The position numbers were made by a program, and so were the translations under genes. DNA of 46,857 nt from an uncultured Oscillospiraceae bacterium. Lineage in GTDB: Bacteria > Bacillota > Clostridia > Oscillospirales > Oscillospiraceae. The stretch is taken from the NCBI GenBank assembly GCA_902475745.1, contig CABSAW010000001.1, positions 1 through 46,857 on the forward strand. The letters are read 5' to 3'. Positions 27,325-37,487 of this stretch are shown here, piece after piece. The notes beneath the pieces are model-generated. The model was not told the DNA's origin, did no database searches, and saw only the letters and a list, made by a program, of their open reading frames with translations. Each line of letters begins with the position of its first letter. The stretch's first letter is position 1.

Positions 27325-27510
27325 GGATAAAACCCTCACTTTCGTAATTTTTCTCATTTTACCACGTTGCGCCGGGCAAGTCAATTTACAAATTGTACAC
27401 GGACAGGGCAGGGAAAAGCCCTTGTCAAACGTGAAAGATTGATGTATCATAGAGAAACAGAAGAGACGGCGCTTATTTCAGGCGTGAAATCACAGCGAAG
27501 GAGCGATCCC

Positions 27511-27825
27511 ATGGCGGAACATACCCATACCCATGCCGATGGCACTACCCATACGCATACCCATTCCCACGCCCATACCAAGGCGGTGCTGAACCGGCTG
27601 AGCCGGGCGCAGGGCCATCTGGACTCCGTCCGCCGCATGGTAGAGCGGGGGGAGGATTGCTCCGAGGTGCTGGTGCAGCTGTCCGCCGTGATTTCGGCGC
27701 TGAACTCCACCGGCCGTGTGATCTTGAAGGATCACATTGCCCACTGCATTGTGGACGCGGTGGAGGAGGGCGATACCGCCGCAATTGAAGACCTGAATAC
27801 CGCCATTGACCGCTTTATGCGCTGA
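27511..27825 (+). CDS. CsoR/RcnR family metal-sensing repressor with His-rich N-terminus
   Basis: VLNRLSRAQGHL.SV.RMVE.GEDCSEVLVQL.AV..ILKDHIAHCIVDA. Confidence 0.9.
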   Translation: MAEHTHTHADGTTHTHTHSHAHTKAVLNRLSRAQGHLDSVRRMVERGEDCSEVLVQLSAVISALNSTGRVILKDHIAHCIVDAVEEGDTAAIEDLNTAIDRFMR

Positions 27826-27859
27826 CGGCGGCGGGCATCAGGCAAGCGAGGTGAACGAG

Positions 27860-28036
27860 ATGGTCAATATGAAAGCTGCGGCCAGGGCGGGAGAAAAGGC
27901 AACCCGGGTCGTGGGAAAGGTGTTGCCTCAGCTGGCGCCGCTGGGAAAGGCGCTGGCGGTGATCTCCGGCACCATGGCGGTGCTGACCGCGGCGGGTTGG
28001 CTTATTACCCGCGCGAACGAGAAAAAACAGTCATAA
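27860..28036 (+). CDS. Small putative membrane protein
   Basis: GAGGTG RBS; 58 aa; basic N-terminus and one C-terminal hydrophobic helix. Confidence 0.55.
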   Translation: MVNMKAAARAGEKATRVVGKVLPQLAPLGKALAVISGTMAVLTAAGWLITRANEKKQS

Positions 28037-28093
28037 ACATTGGAGAAGGGAGACGCGGCGCGTCTCCCTCGCCCTATGAAAGGAAGTCATATT

Positions 28094-29980
28094 ATGCGAA
28101 AAAAACAATTTAAGGCGGAGTCCAAGCGGCTGCTGGATCTGATGATCAACTCCATCTACACCCACAAGGAGATTTTCCTGCGGGAGATTATCTCCAATGC
28201 CTCCGATGCCATTGACAAGCTGTGCTATCTCAGCCTGACCGACGATCAGGTGGGGCTGAACCGTGACGATTTCCGCATCGTTCTGACAGTGGATCGGGAA
28301 AACCGCACGCTGACCGTCAGCGATAACGGCATCGGCATGGACGAGAGCGAGCTGGAGAATCATCTGGGCGTGATTGCCAACAGCGGCAGCTTCCAGTTCA
28401 AGGGTGAGCTGGAGGGACAGGAGGCTCCTGATACCGATATCATCGGTCAGTTTGGCGTAGGCTTTTACTCTGCCTTCATGGTGGCCGACCAGATCACCGT
28501 GGTGACAAAGAAATACGGCTGCGATCAGGCCTATCGCTGGCAGTCCGCCGGTGTGGACGGCTATACCGTGGAGCCATGCGATAAGGAGACGGTGGGCACT
28601 GACGTTATCATGCATCTGAAGGCTGACAGTCCGGAGGAGCAGGACGAATACAGCCAGTATCTGGACGAATATACGCTGCGCCGTCTGGTGAAAAAATACA
28701 GCGACTATATCCGCTTCCCCATTCGGATGCTGTCCACCCATTCCCGCCGGAAGGAGGGCAGCCCCGATGATAAGCCGGAATACGAGGATGTGACCGAGTG
28801 GGAGACGCTGAACTCCATGGTGCCTTTGTGGCAGCGCAGAAAGAGCGAGGTTACCCGAGAGGAATATGATAAGTTCTATCAGGAGCGCTTCGGCGAGTTT
28901 GCCCCGCCTCAGTCGGTGATCACCGTGTCTGTAGAGGGCGCCGTGACCTATAAGGCGCTGCTGTTCATCCCTTCCCGCATGCCCAACCAGTATTTTACCG
29001 AGGATTTCAAGCCCGGCCTGCAGCTTTATAGCTCAGGCGTGATGATCATGGATCACTGTGCCGACCTGCTGCCGGAGTATTTCAACTTTGTCCGCGGCGT
29101 GGTGGACTCTCCTGACCTGAGTTTGAATATTTCCCGGGAGCTTTTGCAGCATGACCGGCAGCTGAAGGTTATCGCCGCCAATCTGGAAAAGAAGATCAAG
29201 GCGGAGCTCCTGCGGATGCTGAAGGACGAGCGGGAAAACTACGAAAAGCTTTACCGCAGCTATGGCCGGCAGCTGAAGCTGTGCGCGCTGAATAACTACG
29301 GCATGAATAAAGAAAAGGTGCAGGATCTGCTGCTGTTCTACTCCTCGCACGAAAAAAAGCTGGTCACGCTGGATGAATATGTGGACCGTATGCCCGACAG
29401 CCAGAAGTTCATCTACTATGCTACCGGTGAAAATGTAGACGCCATCGATCATCTGCCCCAGACCGAGCTGGTGAAGGAGCACAACTATGAAATGCTTTAT
29501 TTCACCGATAATACCGACAGCTTTATTCCTGACCTGTTCCGCCAGTATCGTGATAAGCCCTTCCGCAGCGTGGTGGACGGCGATCTGGAGCTGGAGGATG
29601 AAAAGAAGCCGGATGAAAGCGATAAGTATCAGGAAGACTTTGCCTTTATCAAGGAAACGCTGGGCGATTGCGTCACGGAGGTCAAGGCCAGCGCCAAGCT
29701 TAAAACCCATCCTGTATGCCTGTCCAGCGGCGAGGGTCTGAGCTTTGAAATGGAGAAATATTTCAATGCCGTGCAGCCGGAGCTGGGAATGAAGGCCAAG
29801 CGTATTCTGGAGATTAACGTGGATCATCCCGCCTTTATCGCGCTGCAAACTGCACGGATCACCGATCCGGAAAAGGCGAAGAAATATGTGCAGATCCTCT
29901 ATAATCAGGCCTGCTTGATTGCGGGGCTGCCCATCGGCGACCCCAGCGGCTATACGGATTTGCTGTGCAGCCTGTGGTAA
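28094..29980 (+). CDS. htpG: Molecular chaperone HtpG (Hsp90)
   Basis: FLREIISNASDA, DNGIGM, IGQFGVGFYSAFMVA and LSLNISRE.LQ. Confidence 0.96.
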   Translation: MRKKQFKAESKRLLDLMINSIYTHKEIFLREIISNASDAIDKLCYLSLTDDQVGLNRDDFRIVLTVDRENRTLTVSDNGIGMDESELENHLGVIANSGSFQFKGELEGQEAPDTDIIGQFGVGFYSAFMVADQITVVTKKYGCDQAYRWQSAGVDGYTVEPCDKETVGTDVIMHLKADSPEEQDEYSQYLDEYTLRRLVKKYSDYIRFPIRMLSTHSRRKEGSPDDKPEYEDVTEWETLNSMVPLWQRRKSEVTREEYDKFYQERFGEFAPPQSVITVSVEGAVTYKALLFIPSRMPNQYFTEDFKPGLQLYSSGVMIMDHCADLLPEYFNFVRGVVDSPDLSLNISRELLQHDRQLKVIAANLEKKIKAELLRMLKDERENYEKLYRSYGRQLKLCALNNYGMNKEKVQDLLLFYSSHEKKLVTLDEYVDRMPDSQKFIYYATGENVDAIDHLPQTELVKEHNYEMLYFTDNTDSFIPDLFRQYRDKPFRSVVDGDLELEDEKKPDESDKYQEDFAFIKETLGDCVTEVKASAKLKTHPVCLSSGEGLSFEMEKYFNAVQPELGMKAKRILEINVDHPAFIALQTARITDPEKAKKYVQILYNQACLIAGLPIGDPSGYTDLLCSLW

Positions 29981-29984
29981 TCAT

Positions 29985-30013
29985 AAAAAAAGAGCGCTTC
30001 GGCGCTCTTTTTT
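29985..30013. terminator. Bidirectional terminator
   Basis: AAAAAAAGAGCGC-TTCG-GCGCTCTTTTTT. Confidence 0.88.
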
Positions 30014-30117
30014 AGTCCTTCAGTTTGCCTTTGTGTTCTTTGCAAGTAGTCATATTCCTCCTGCTGTGCTTTGCCCGCCACTATTAGACGGGGAAGAGCG
30101 CTTGTCGGCAGTATACG
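29985..30117 (-). ncRNA. Candidate small transcript containing a 13-aa ORF (30053-30012, MTTCKEHKGKLKD)
   Basis: TTGTCA-17-TACTAT promoter (30152-30124); AGGAGG before ATG; stop codon runs into the terminator. Confidence 0.4.
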
Positions 30118-30238
30118 AACTATATAGTAGCACGGGGCTATATTTTTGACAACCGGGAAAATTATGGGACGCTGCTTTCCATCGAATGAAAAATGCGTTA
30201 TAATAGCAGCAACAATCCTTTTGACAGGAGGAGCGCTT

Positions 30239-33200
30239 ATGCTGACCATCTGGATAGGCCGCGCGGGCAGCGGAAAGTCGGCGCGCGTGCTGGAAACCAT
30301 TGCCCGCCGCCGGGAAGAGCGGCCTCAAATACTGCTGGTGCCGGAGCATACCTCCCATGAGGCGGAGCTGGACCTGTGCCGCGCCTGCGGCCCCACCGCC
30401 TGCCGCAGTGCGGAGGTGCTCAGCTTTCAGAGCCTGGCCACCCGTGTGCTGACCGAGACAGGCGGATTGGCTGATGTGACGCTGGATAACGGCGGCAAAT
30501 TGCTGACCATGCGCCGCTGTCTGCAGGAGCTGCATACCCGGCTGAGAGTGTTCGGGCGGCCCTCGCAGCGGGCGGCGTTTCTTCACCAGCTGACCACATT
30601 GGCCGATGAGCTGTATGCCTACCAGATCGCGCCGGAAACGCTGTACCGCCATGTGGCGGATATGGAGGGGGCCATGGGCGATAAGCTGCGGGATGTGGCC
30701 ATGATCTACGCAGCCTATGATGCCCGCCTGCGCGGTGGAGACACGGATGTGCGCTCCCGCGTGCAGAAGCTGCACGACCACCTGCCCCAGTCCCATTATC
30801 TGGATGGCAAGGATCTCTATCTGGATGGCTTTTCTTTCTTCAACCGGCAGGAGGAGAGCGTGCTGTCGCTAGCGCTGCGGCGGTGCAGCAGCGTAACGGT
30901 GACGCTGCTGGGCGAGCGCGGCGGGCGGCAGTTTCAGAATGCCGCCGTGCAGAAAGAGCGGTTGGTGCGCATGGCCCGCGAAGCGGGCACGGAGTGCCGC
31001 CTTGCCTATCTTACCCGTCAGGGAGAGGGCCCGCTGGATCATCTGGAGCGTCATTTCTTCGGCAGCGACGCCGTCTGGGAGGGGGAAACGGATGCTGTGG
31101 CGCTGCATGAAGCGCCCAATGCCTTCCGGGAAGTGGAGCATGTGGCGTCGCAGATCCGCCGTCTGGCCCGGCAGGGATACCGCTATCGGGATATCGCCGT
31201 GGCCAGCCGCAGCATGGAGCTGTATGGCCCGCTGCTGGAGGCGGTGTTCCGCCGGGATGATATTCCCGCCTATATCAGCCGACGCAGCGATATACTGGAA
31301 AAGCCGGTGATGACGCTGCTGCTGTCCGCCGTGGACGCGGCTACCGGCGGCTTTGAATATGAGGACATGTTCCGTTATTTGAAAACCGGCATGACCGGCG
31401 TGACGGAGGCGGAATGCGACCTGCTGGAAAACTATGTGATCCGCTGGGATATCCGGGGCAGCATGTGGCTGCGCGACGTACCGTGGACAGCCAACCCGGA
31501 TGGCTACGGCATGGACTTGACACAGGAGCGCACGGCGCGACTGGCGGAGGTCAACCGTATCCGTGAAAAGGTTCGCCTGCCGCTGCTGGCCTTGACGGAG
31601 GGGCTGAAAAACCGTCCCTCCGCCCGTGACAAGGCCCGGACGCTGTTTGAGTTTGCGGCGGCGGCCGGTGTGCCTGAGGCACTGCGGGATAAGGCGGATG
31701 CCCTGCTGGCGGCGGGGGAGGTGCAGCTGGCAGAGGAATATGCCCAGCTGTGGCAGATTTTCTGCGATGTGCTGGATCAATTTGTGGAGATTCTGGGTGA
31801 TACGGCGCTGGACGGCGAGGAATTTGCCAAGCTGCTGCGTCTGGTGCTGACCCAGTACAGCGTGGGAACCATTCCCGCCACGCTGGATCAGGTCAAGGTC
31901 AGCGAGATTACCCGCAACGACCGCCACCGGATCCGGGTGCTGTTTTTGCTGGGGGCCAACGACCATCTGCTGCCGCAGGTCGATCAGAATGGCGGGGTGC
32001 TGGACAGCGATGACCGGCGGGCGCTGCAGCAGCGTGAGATCCCGCTGTCGGATGCCACCTTTGACGCGCTTGACAACGAATTGCAGAATATCTACGCCTG
32101 TCTTGTCCAGCCTACAGAGCGCCTCCACGTCAGTTGGGCGGTTACGGATGTTGCCGGCGCCGAGCTGCGTCCCTCCTTCGTGGTGGAGCGTATTCGGCTG
32201 CTGTTTCCTGCGGTGCGCACCTGCCGGGGGGACGATGCCTGCCTGATGGAAACCCCGGCGGCAGCCCTGTGCGCCGCTGGGAACAACGAGGCGCTGCGGC
32301 GCTATTTTGCGGCCGACCCCCGGTATGCGCCGGCCATTGCCGCCATGGAGCGCGCCGGACATATGGCGCGGGGGCGGCTTTCCGCCGAGGTGGTGCACTC
32401 GCTGTATGGCCATACCATCGCCATGTCGGCCAGCCGCATTGACCGGGTACGGTCATGTCACTTCGGCTATTTCATGGAATACGGCCTGCGGGCGAAAGAA
32501 CGGAAGAAAGCTGGCTTTGAGGCCCCGGAGGTGGGCACCTTCCTCCACTACCTGCTGGAAAACGTGAACCGCGAGGTGAAAGAGCGGGGCGGCTATCAAA
32601 AGGTGGACGATACAGCGCTGCGGGGCATGGTGGAGGCGCAGGTGGATCACTATGCCCGGCAGTGTATTGATGACTATGCCCACAAATCCGCCCGCTTCCG
32701 CTACCTGTTCAGCCGTCTGCGGGAGACGGCGTACAGCATCGTTGTGGATATTGCCGGGGAAATGCGGCAGTCTGATTTTGTCCCGGTGGCCTTTGAGCTG
32801 AGCTTCGGCGGCCGCGGCGGTACGCTGCCTGCCGTAACCGTGCGTCAGGGCGGCACATCGCTGTCGGTATCCGGCAAGGTGGATCGTGTGGACGGCTGGC
32901 TTCATGACGGAAAGCTGTATCTCCGCGTGGTGGACTATAAGACCGGCAAGAAAAGCTTTGACCTGTCGGACATTCGTTACGGGCTGGGCATCCAGATGCT
33001 GCTGTACCTCTTTGCACTGGAGCGGGAGGGCGAATCGCATTTCGGCTATCCCATTGTACCCTGCGGCGTGCTGTACCAGCCGGCCCGCAGTGAAATACTG
33101 CGTCAGAATCGGAACATCAGCGATGAAGCGCTGAAGGCGGCGCTGCAAAGCGCGCTGCGCCGCACGGGATTGGTGCTGAGCGAGCCGGAGGTGCTGCGTG

Positions 33201-33547
33201 CCATGGAGCACAGCGCGTTGGAAAAGCCATGCTATCTGCCCATCGGCGTTAAAAAGGACAACACACCGTCCGGCAGCATCGCCTCGGCGGCGCAGCTGGG
33301 CCAACTGGGACGTTATGTGGATCGCCTGCTGCACCAGATTGCAGACGAGATCGCACAGGGCAACATAGATGCCGACCCCTTTTCCCGGGGGCCGCAGGAC
33401 AGCGCCTGTACCTATTGTGCCTTTGCCTCGGCCTGCTATTTTGACGAGCGGCGGGATAGACGCCGTTACCTGCGGAAAACGGACAGCGGCGAATTCTGGG
33501 CACTGATGGAAAAAGAGGGAGGGGAGGCATCCCATGGCGAAAATTGA
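30239..33547 (+). CDS. addB: ATP-dependent helicase/nuclease subunit B
   Basis: GRAGSGKS, VPE, GKVDRVD..VVDYKTG nuclease motif, Fe-S cysteines CTYCAFASAC. Confidence 0.93.
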   Translation: MLTIWIGRAGSGKSARVLETIARRREERPQILLVPEHTSHEAELDLCRACGPTACRSAEVLSFQSLATRVLTETGGLADVTLDNGGKLLTMRRCLQELHTRLRVFGRPSQRAAFLHQLTTLADELYAYQIAPETLYRHVADMEGAMGDKLRDVAMIYAAYDARLRGGDTDVRSRVQKLHDHLPQSHYLDGKDLYLDGFSFFNRQEESVLSLALRRCSSVTVTLLGERGGRQFQNAAVQKERLVRMAREAGTECRLAYLTRQGEGPLDHLERHFFGSDAVWEGETDAVALHEAPNAFREVEHVASQIRRLARQGYRYRDIAVASRSMELYGPLLEAVFRRDDIPAYISRRSDILEKPVMTLLLSAVDAATGGFEYEDMFRYLKTGMTGVTEAECDLLENYVIRWDIRGSMWLRDVPWTANPDGYGMDLTQERTARLAEVNRIREKVRLPLLALTEGLKNRPSARDKARTLFEFAAAAGVPEALRDKADALLAAGEVQLAEEYAQLWQIFCDVLDQFVEILGDTALDGEEFAKLLRLVLTQYSVGTIPATLDQVKVSEITRNDRHRIRVLFLLGANDHLLPQVDQNGGVLDSDDRRALQQREIPLSDATFDALDNELQNIYACLVQPTERLHVSWAVTDVAGAELRPSFVVERIRLLFPAVRTCRGDDACLMETPAAALCAAGNNEALRRYFAADPRYAPAIAAMERAGHMARGRLSAEVVHSLYGHTIAMSASRIDRVRSCHFGYFMEYGLRAKERKKAGFEAPEVGTFLHYLLENVNREVKERGGYQKVDDTALRGMVEAQVDHYARQCIDDYAHKSARFRYLFSRLRETAYSIVVDIAGEMRQSDFVPVAFELSFGGRGGTLPAVTVRQGGTSLSVSGKVDRVDGWLHDGKLYLRVVDYKTGKKSFDLSDIRYGLGIQMLLYLFALEREGESHFGYPIVPCGVLYQPARSEILRQNRNISDEALKAALQSALRRTGLVLSEPEVLRAMEHSALEKPCYLPIGVKKDNTPSGSIASAAQLGQLGRYVDRLLHQIADEIAQGNIDADPFSRGPQDSACTYCAFASACYFDERRDRRRYLRKTDSGEFWALMEKEGGEASHGEN

Positions 33548-36500
33548 ATTGACCCCCGACCAGCGCGCCGCGGTGGAGAACCGGGGCGGCAGCCTGCTGG
33601 TTTCGGCAGCCGCCGGTTCCGGAAAGACCCGTGTGCTGGTGGATCGTCTGTTCCGCTATATTCGGCAGGAGCAGTGCGCGGTGGATGACTTTCTGATCAT
33701 TACCTATACCAAGGCGGCGGCAGCGGAGCTGCGGGGCAAGATCGCCGCGGAGCTGTCCCGTCAGGTGGCCGAGCACCCGGAGGACAGCCATCTGCGCCGC
33801 CAGCTGTTCCGCGTTTATCAGGCGGATATCAAGACGGTGGATGCCTTCTGTGCCGGGCTGCTGCGGGAGAATGTCTACCTGCTGCAAGCTGTGGCGGGCC
33901 ACAGCCTGACCCCGGATTTCCGGGTGCTGGACGAGCAGGAGGCGGGCCTTGTCAAGGAGCGGGTGCTGGAGCGGACACTGGAGGATTTTTATGCCCATAT
34001 GGATGAGCAGCGGGCACAGCTGGCGGAAACGCTGGGTGCAGGCCGGGATGACAGAGCGCTGGAAAAGCTGGTGCTGGAGGTGCACAGCAAGCTGCAAAGC
34101 CATCCCTACCCCCTGCAATGGCTGGAAAAGGTGCGCCGTGATTGGCAGACGCTGCCTGAGGATCTGAGCGCATCGGACTATGGCCGGGTGGTGATGGAGA
34201 ATGCGGCGGCACAGGCGGCGTTTTGGGCGGCACAGCTGGAAAAGCTGACGGCGGAGCTGACGGACGAAGCGGTGGCCGCCGCCTACGGGCCTGCGCTTGC
34301 CCGGGAGGCGGCGCAGCTGCGCGCCTTTGCTGCCGCACAGGGCGACTGGGATGCCATGGCCCGTCAGATGCCGGCGTTTTCCGGCCTGAAGCCGGTCAAG
34401 GGCCAGCACCCGGAAAAGGATCGTGTCAAGACCCTGCGTGGCCGCTGCAAGGCGGCGGTTGCGGAGCTGGAAAGCATTTTCAGCGTAACGTGTGAGGAAC
34501 ATCTTTCGGATCTTCACACCATGGCCCCGGCGATGCTGGCGCTGACGGAGCTGACGGCGGACTTTGCGCAGCGCTATCAGGCGGAAAAAGTGCGGCGCAA
34601 CGCCATGGACTTCTCAGATCAGGAGCATTACGCCATCACCTTGCTGCGGCAGGAGGACGGCCAGCCCACGGAGCTGGCCCGTCAGGTGGCGCAGCGCTAT
34701 CGGGAAATCATGGTGGATGAGTATCAGGACACCAACGAGGTGCAGAACTGTATTTTTTCCGCCATTTCCCGTCAGGAGCAGAACCTGTTCACCGTGGGCG
34801 ACGTAAAGCAGAGCATTTACCGTTTCCGCTTGGCCGACCCCACCATTTTCCTGCGCAAATATCATGAATATGTTCCCGCCGCTGCGGCGGTGGAGGGGCA
34901 GCCTCGCAAAGTACTGCTGAGCCAAAACTTCCGCTCCCGGAAGAGCGTGCTGGATGGATGCAATGCGGTGTTTGGCAGCATTATGTCCCCACAGATGGGC
35001 GAGATGGCCTATGGGCCGGAGGAACGGCTCTATTTCGGCGCCGCCTATTATCCGCCGCGGGAGGATACGGCGGCGGAGTTCCACTTTATCAATGTCTCCG
35101 ACACGGAGGAGGAGCGTTTCGACCGCACCACGGTGGAGGCCCATTTTGTGGCGGCGCGCATCCGGAAAATGCTGGATGAGGGCTATCCTGTCATGGGCGG
35201 CGACGGTGCCATGCGCCGGTGCACGCCGGAGGATTTTGTGATCCTGATGCGCTCTCCGCGCAGCCGTCTGAAAATGTTTACGGCGGCGCTGTCGGCACAG
35301 AATATTCCATGTGCCGCCGACGAGAGCAGCGATTTCTTCACCACAGTGGAAATCGCGGTGGTCTATGCCTTTTTGCAGATCATCGATAATCCCCGGCAGG
35401 ATGTGCCGCTGATCTCTGTGCTGCGCTCGCCCTTGTTCGGCTTTACGCCGGACCGCCTGGCGGCTGTCCGTGCGCTGCAAAAAGAAGGCGACTACTATGA
35501 TGCGCTGCTGCTGGACGGGGGAGAGGATACCCGCGCGTTTCTCTCCGCGCTGGAGGAGCTGCGCGCCGCCGCCCGGGATGAAACGGTGGATCAGCTGCTG
35601 TGGCGGCTGTACGACACCTGTCACTGCCCGGCAGTGTTCGGCGCCATGCCGGACGGACAGACCCGCCGGGATAACCTGTCGGCCTTTTATACCTATGCCC
35701 GTCAGGTGGCCGGGATGGGGAAGAAGAGCGTATTCGATTTCGTCAGCTATCTGCGGACGCTGCTGGAAAACGGCGATGCACCGGATCTGTCCACGCGGCA
35801 GAGTGCCGGCGGCGTGCAGATCATGTCCATCCATAAATCCAAGGGACTGGAGTTTCCGGTGGTATTTCTGTGCGACCTGAGCAAGAATTTTGACCGGCGT
35901 GACACGCAGGAGCCGGTGCTGGTGCACCCGGAGCTGGGACTGGGCGTGGTGTGCGTGGATAGGCAGCGTCAGATCAAGTACGATACCATCAGCAAAACGG
36001 CGGTGGCGCTGCGTCTGCAGCGTCAGAGCCGGGCCGAGGAAATGCGGATTCTCTACGTGGCCATGACCCGCGCCAAGGAGAAGCTGATTGCCGTGGACTG
36101 TATGCGCAGCGGCCGCAGCCGGATCAATGATCTGGCGGCGGTGACCGGCGTGCCCGTGCCGCCGGAGGCGGTGGCCGGTGCAAAATGCCTGGGCGACTGG
36201 ATGCTGCTGCCGCTGCTGTGTACGGCACAGGGCGCGGCGCTGTGCCGCTGGGCCGATACCATTGCGCCGGAGCTGACGGCGGAGGACGGCGGCTGGCAGG
36301 TGTATCTGTGGGAAAACCCTGTTGGCGACACGCCGTCTGCCGGAGGGGACGGCGTATATGGCGAGCTGCCGCCGGAACCGCCCTTTGATCCCGCGCCGCT
36401 GGAGTGGCGGTACGGCCATGAACGCGCCGCGCTGACGCCCGGAAAGGTGACGGCCACCCAGTTGAAGGGCCGTGCCATCGATGAGGAGCTGGCGCAGGGC

Positions 36501-37079
36501 GCCGCCTCTACCCGCCAACGTGCGGTGCTGTTTGAAAAACCGAAGTTTTTGCAGGAGACCACCGGCCTGACGGCGGCGGAAAAGGGCACCGCCGTCCACG
36601 CGGTAATGCAGTATATCGATTTGCGCACGCCGCCCACAGCGTCTGCCGTGGCGGCGGAAATCGAGAAGCTGCGCCAGCGGCGGCTGCTGACGGATCAGCA
36701 GGCCGCGGCGGTGGAGTGCGGTATGGTGGCCCGGTTTTTGGCCTCGCCTCTGGCGGAACGGATCCGAAGGGCCAGACAGGTGTGGCGGGAATACCGCTTT
36801 GCCCTGCTGACTGACGCCGCGCTCTACGATCCGGAGGCGGCGGGAGAGGAGCTGCTGCTGCAAGGCGTGGTGGACTGCGCCTTTGAACCGGAGGAGGGCG
36901 GCCTTGTGGTGGTGGATTTTAAAACCGACCGCGTTTCCCAAAGCGGACTTGCGGAGCGAGCCGCGCATTACCGCCAGCAGCTGGATGCCTACGCGCTGGC
37001 GCTGGGCAAGGTACTGGAAAAAGAGGTCACAGAAAAAGTGCTTTACTTCTTCCAGACAAATTCTACGGTGAATTTATAA
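33534..37079 (+). CDS. addA: ATP-dependent helicase/nuclease subunit A
   Basis: AAAGSGKT, VDEYQDTN, VGDVKQSIYRFR, SIHKSKGLEF, YVAMTRA and VDFKTD. Confidence 0.95.
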   Translation: MAKIELTPDQRAAVENRGGSLLVSAAAGSGKTRVLVDRLFRYIRQEQCAVDDFLIITYTKAAAAELRGKIAAELSRQVAEHPEDSHLRRQLFRVYQADIKTVDAFCAGLLRENVYLLQAVAGHSLTPDFRVLDEQEAGLVKERVLERTLEDFYAHMDEQRAQLAETLGAGRDDRALEKLVLEVHSKLQSHPYPLQWLEKVRRDWQTLPEDLSASDYGRVVMENAAAQAAFWAAQLEKLTAELTDEAVAAAYGPALAREAAQLRAFAAAQGDWDAMARQMPAFSGLKPVKGQHPEKDRVKTLRGRCKAAVAELESIFSVTCEEHLSDLHTMAPAMLALTELTADFAQRYQAEKVRRNAMDFSDQEHYAITLLRQEDGQPTELARQVAQRYREIMVDEYQDTNEVQNCIFSAISRQEQNLFTVGDVKQSIYRFRLADPTIFLRKYHEYVPAAAAVEGQPRKVLLSQNFRSRKSVLDGCNAVFGSIMSPQMGEMAYGPEERLYFGAAYYPPREDTAAEFHFINVSDTEEERFDRTTVEAHFVAARIRKMLDEGYPVMGGDGAMRRCTPEDFVILMRSPRSRLKMFTAALSAQNIPCAADESSDFFTTVEIAVVYAFLQIIDNPRQDVPLISVLRSPLFGFTPDRLAAVRALQKEGDYYDALLLDGGEDTRAFLSALEELRAAARDETVDQLLWRLYDTCHCPAVFGAMPDGQTRRDNLSAFYTYARQVAGMGKKSVFDFVSYLRTLLENGDAPDLSTRQSAGGVQIMSIHKSKGLEFPVVFLCDLSKNFDRRDTQEPVLVHPELGLGVVCVDRQRQIKYDTISKTAVALRLQRQSRAEEMRILYVAMTRAKEKLIAVDCMRSGRSRINDLAAVTGVPVPPEAVAGAKCLGDWMLLPLLCTAQGAALCRWADTIAPELTAEDGGWQVYLWENPVGDTPSAGGDGVYGELPPEPPFDPAPLEWRYGHERAALTPGKVTATQLKGRAIDEELAQGAASTRQRAVLFEKPKFLQETTGLTAAEKGTAVHAVMQYIDLRTPPTASAVAAEIEKLRQRRLLTDQQAAAVECGMVARFLASPLAERIRRARQVWREYRFALLTDAALYDPEAAGEELLLQGVVDCAFEPEEGGLVVVDFKTDRVSQSGLAERAAHYRQQLDAYALALGKVLEKEVTEKVLYFFQTNSTVNL

Positions 37080-37178
37080 AAAAGTGCTTGCATTCTGCGG
37101 CAGGATGTGCTATTATCACAGTTGCGTTTATGGGTAAAACCAGACGACAAGTGTACCGGAAAGGGGTGAACCAGAGCA

Positions 37179-37382
37179 ATGAAGGAAGGAATCCATCCCA
37201 ATTATCAGCAGACTACTATCAAATGCGCCTGCGGTAATGTGATTGAGACAGGTTCTACGAAGAAGGATATTCGCGTGGAAGTCTGCTCTAAGTGTCACCC
37301 GTTCTTCACCGGCAAGCAGAAGCTTGTCGATACCGGCGGACGCGTTGCCAAGTTCAACAAGCGTTTCGGCCTGGAGGGCTAA
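37179..37382 (+). CDS. rpmE: 50S ribosomal protein L31 (Zn-ribbon form)
   Basis: [23 protein letters not shown]; promoter TTGCAT-17-TATTAT at 37088-37116. Confidence 0.97.
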   Translation: MKEGIHPNYQQTTIKCACGNVIETGSTKKDIRVEVCSKCHPFFTGKQKLVDTGGRVAKFNKRFGLEG

Positions 37383-37395
37383 CAGGACACATAAG

Positions 37396-37427
37396 AGGTC
37401 TGCATCTGTGGATGCAGACCTTTTTTT
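37396..37427 (+). terminator. Terminator of rpmE
   Basis: AGGTCTGCATC-TGTG-GATGCAGACCTTTTTTT. Confidence 0.85.
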
Positions 37428-37487
37428 CGTTTACAACCGGCGAAAAACCGTATATAATAGGAAAAAATTCTTTGTACCGAGGGCATT

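Noticed and set aside
30012..30117. Purine or c-di-GMP-I riboswitch
   Set aside because: Fragments (TCGTATA, GACTAC, GGCAAAC) are present, but the required stems and core spacing are missing and there is no downstream gene
37117..37178. L31 ribosomal leader
   Set aside because: A small hairpin is present, but I cannot match it to a consensus by eye
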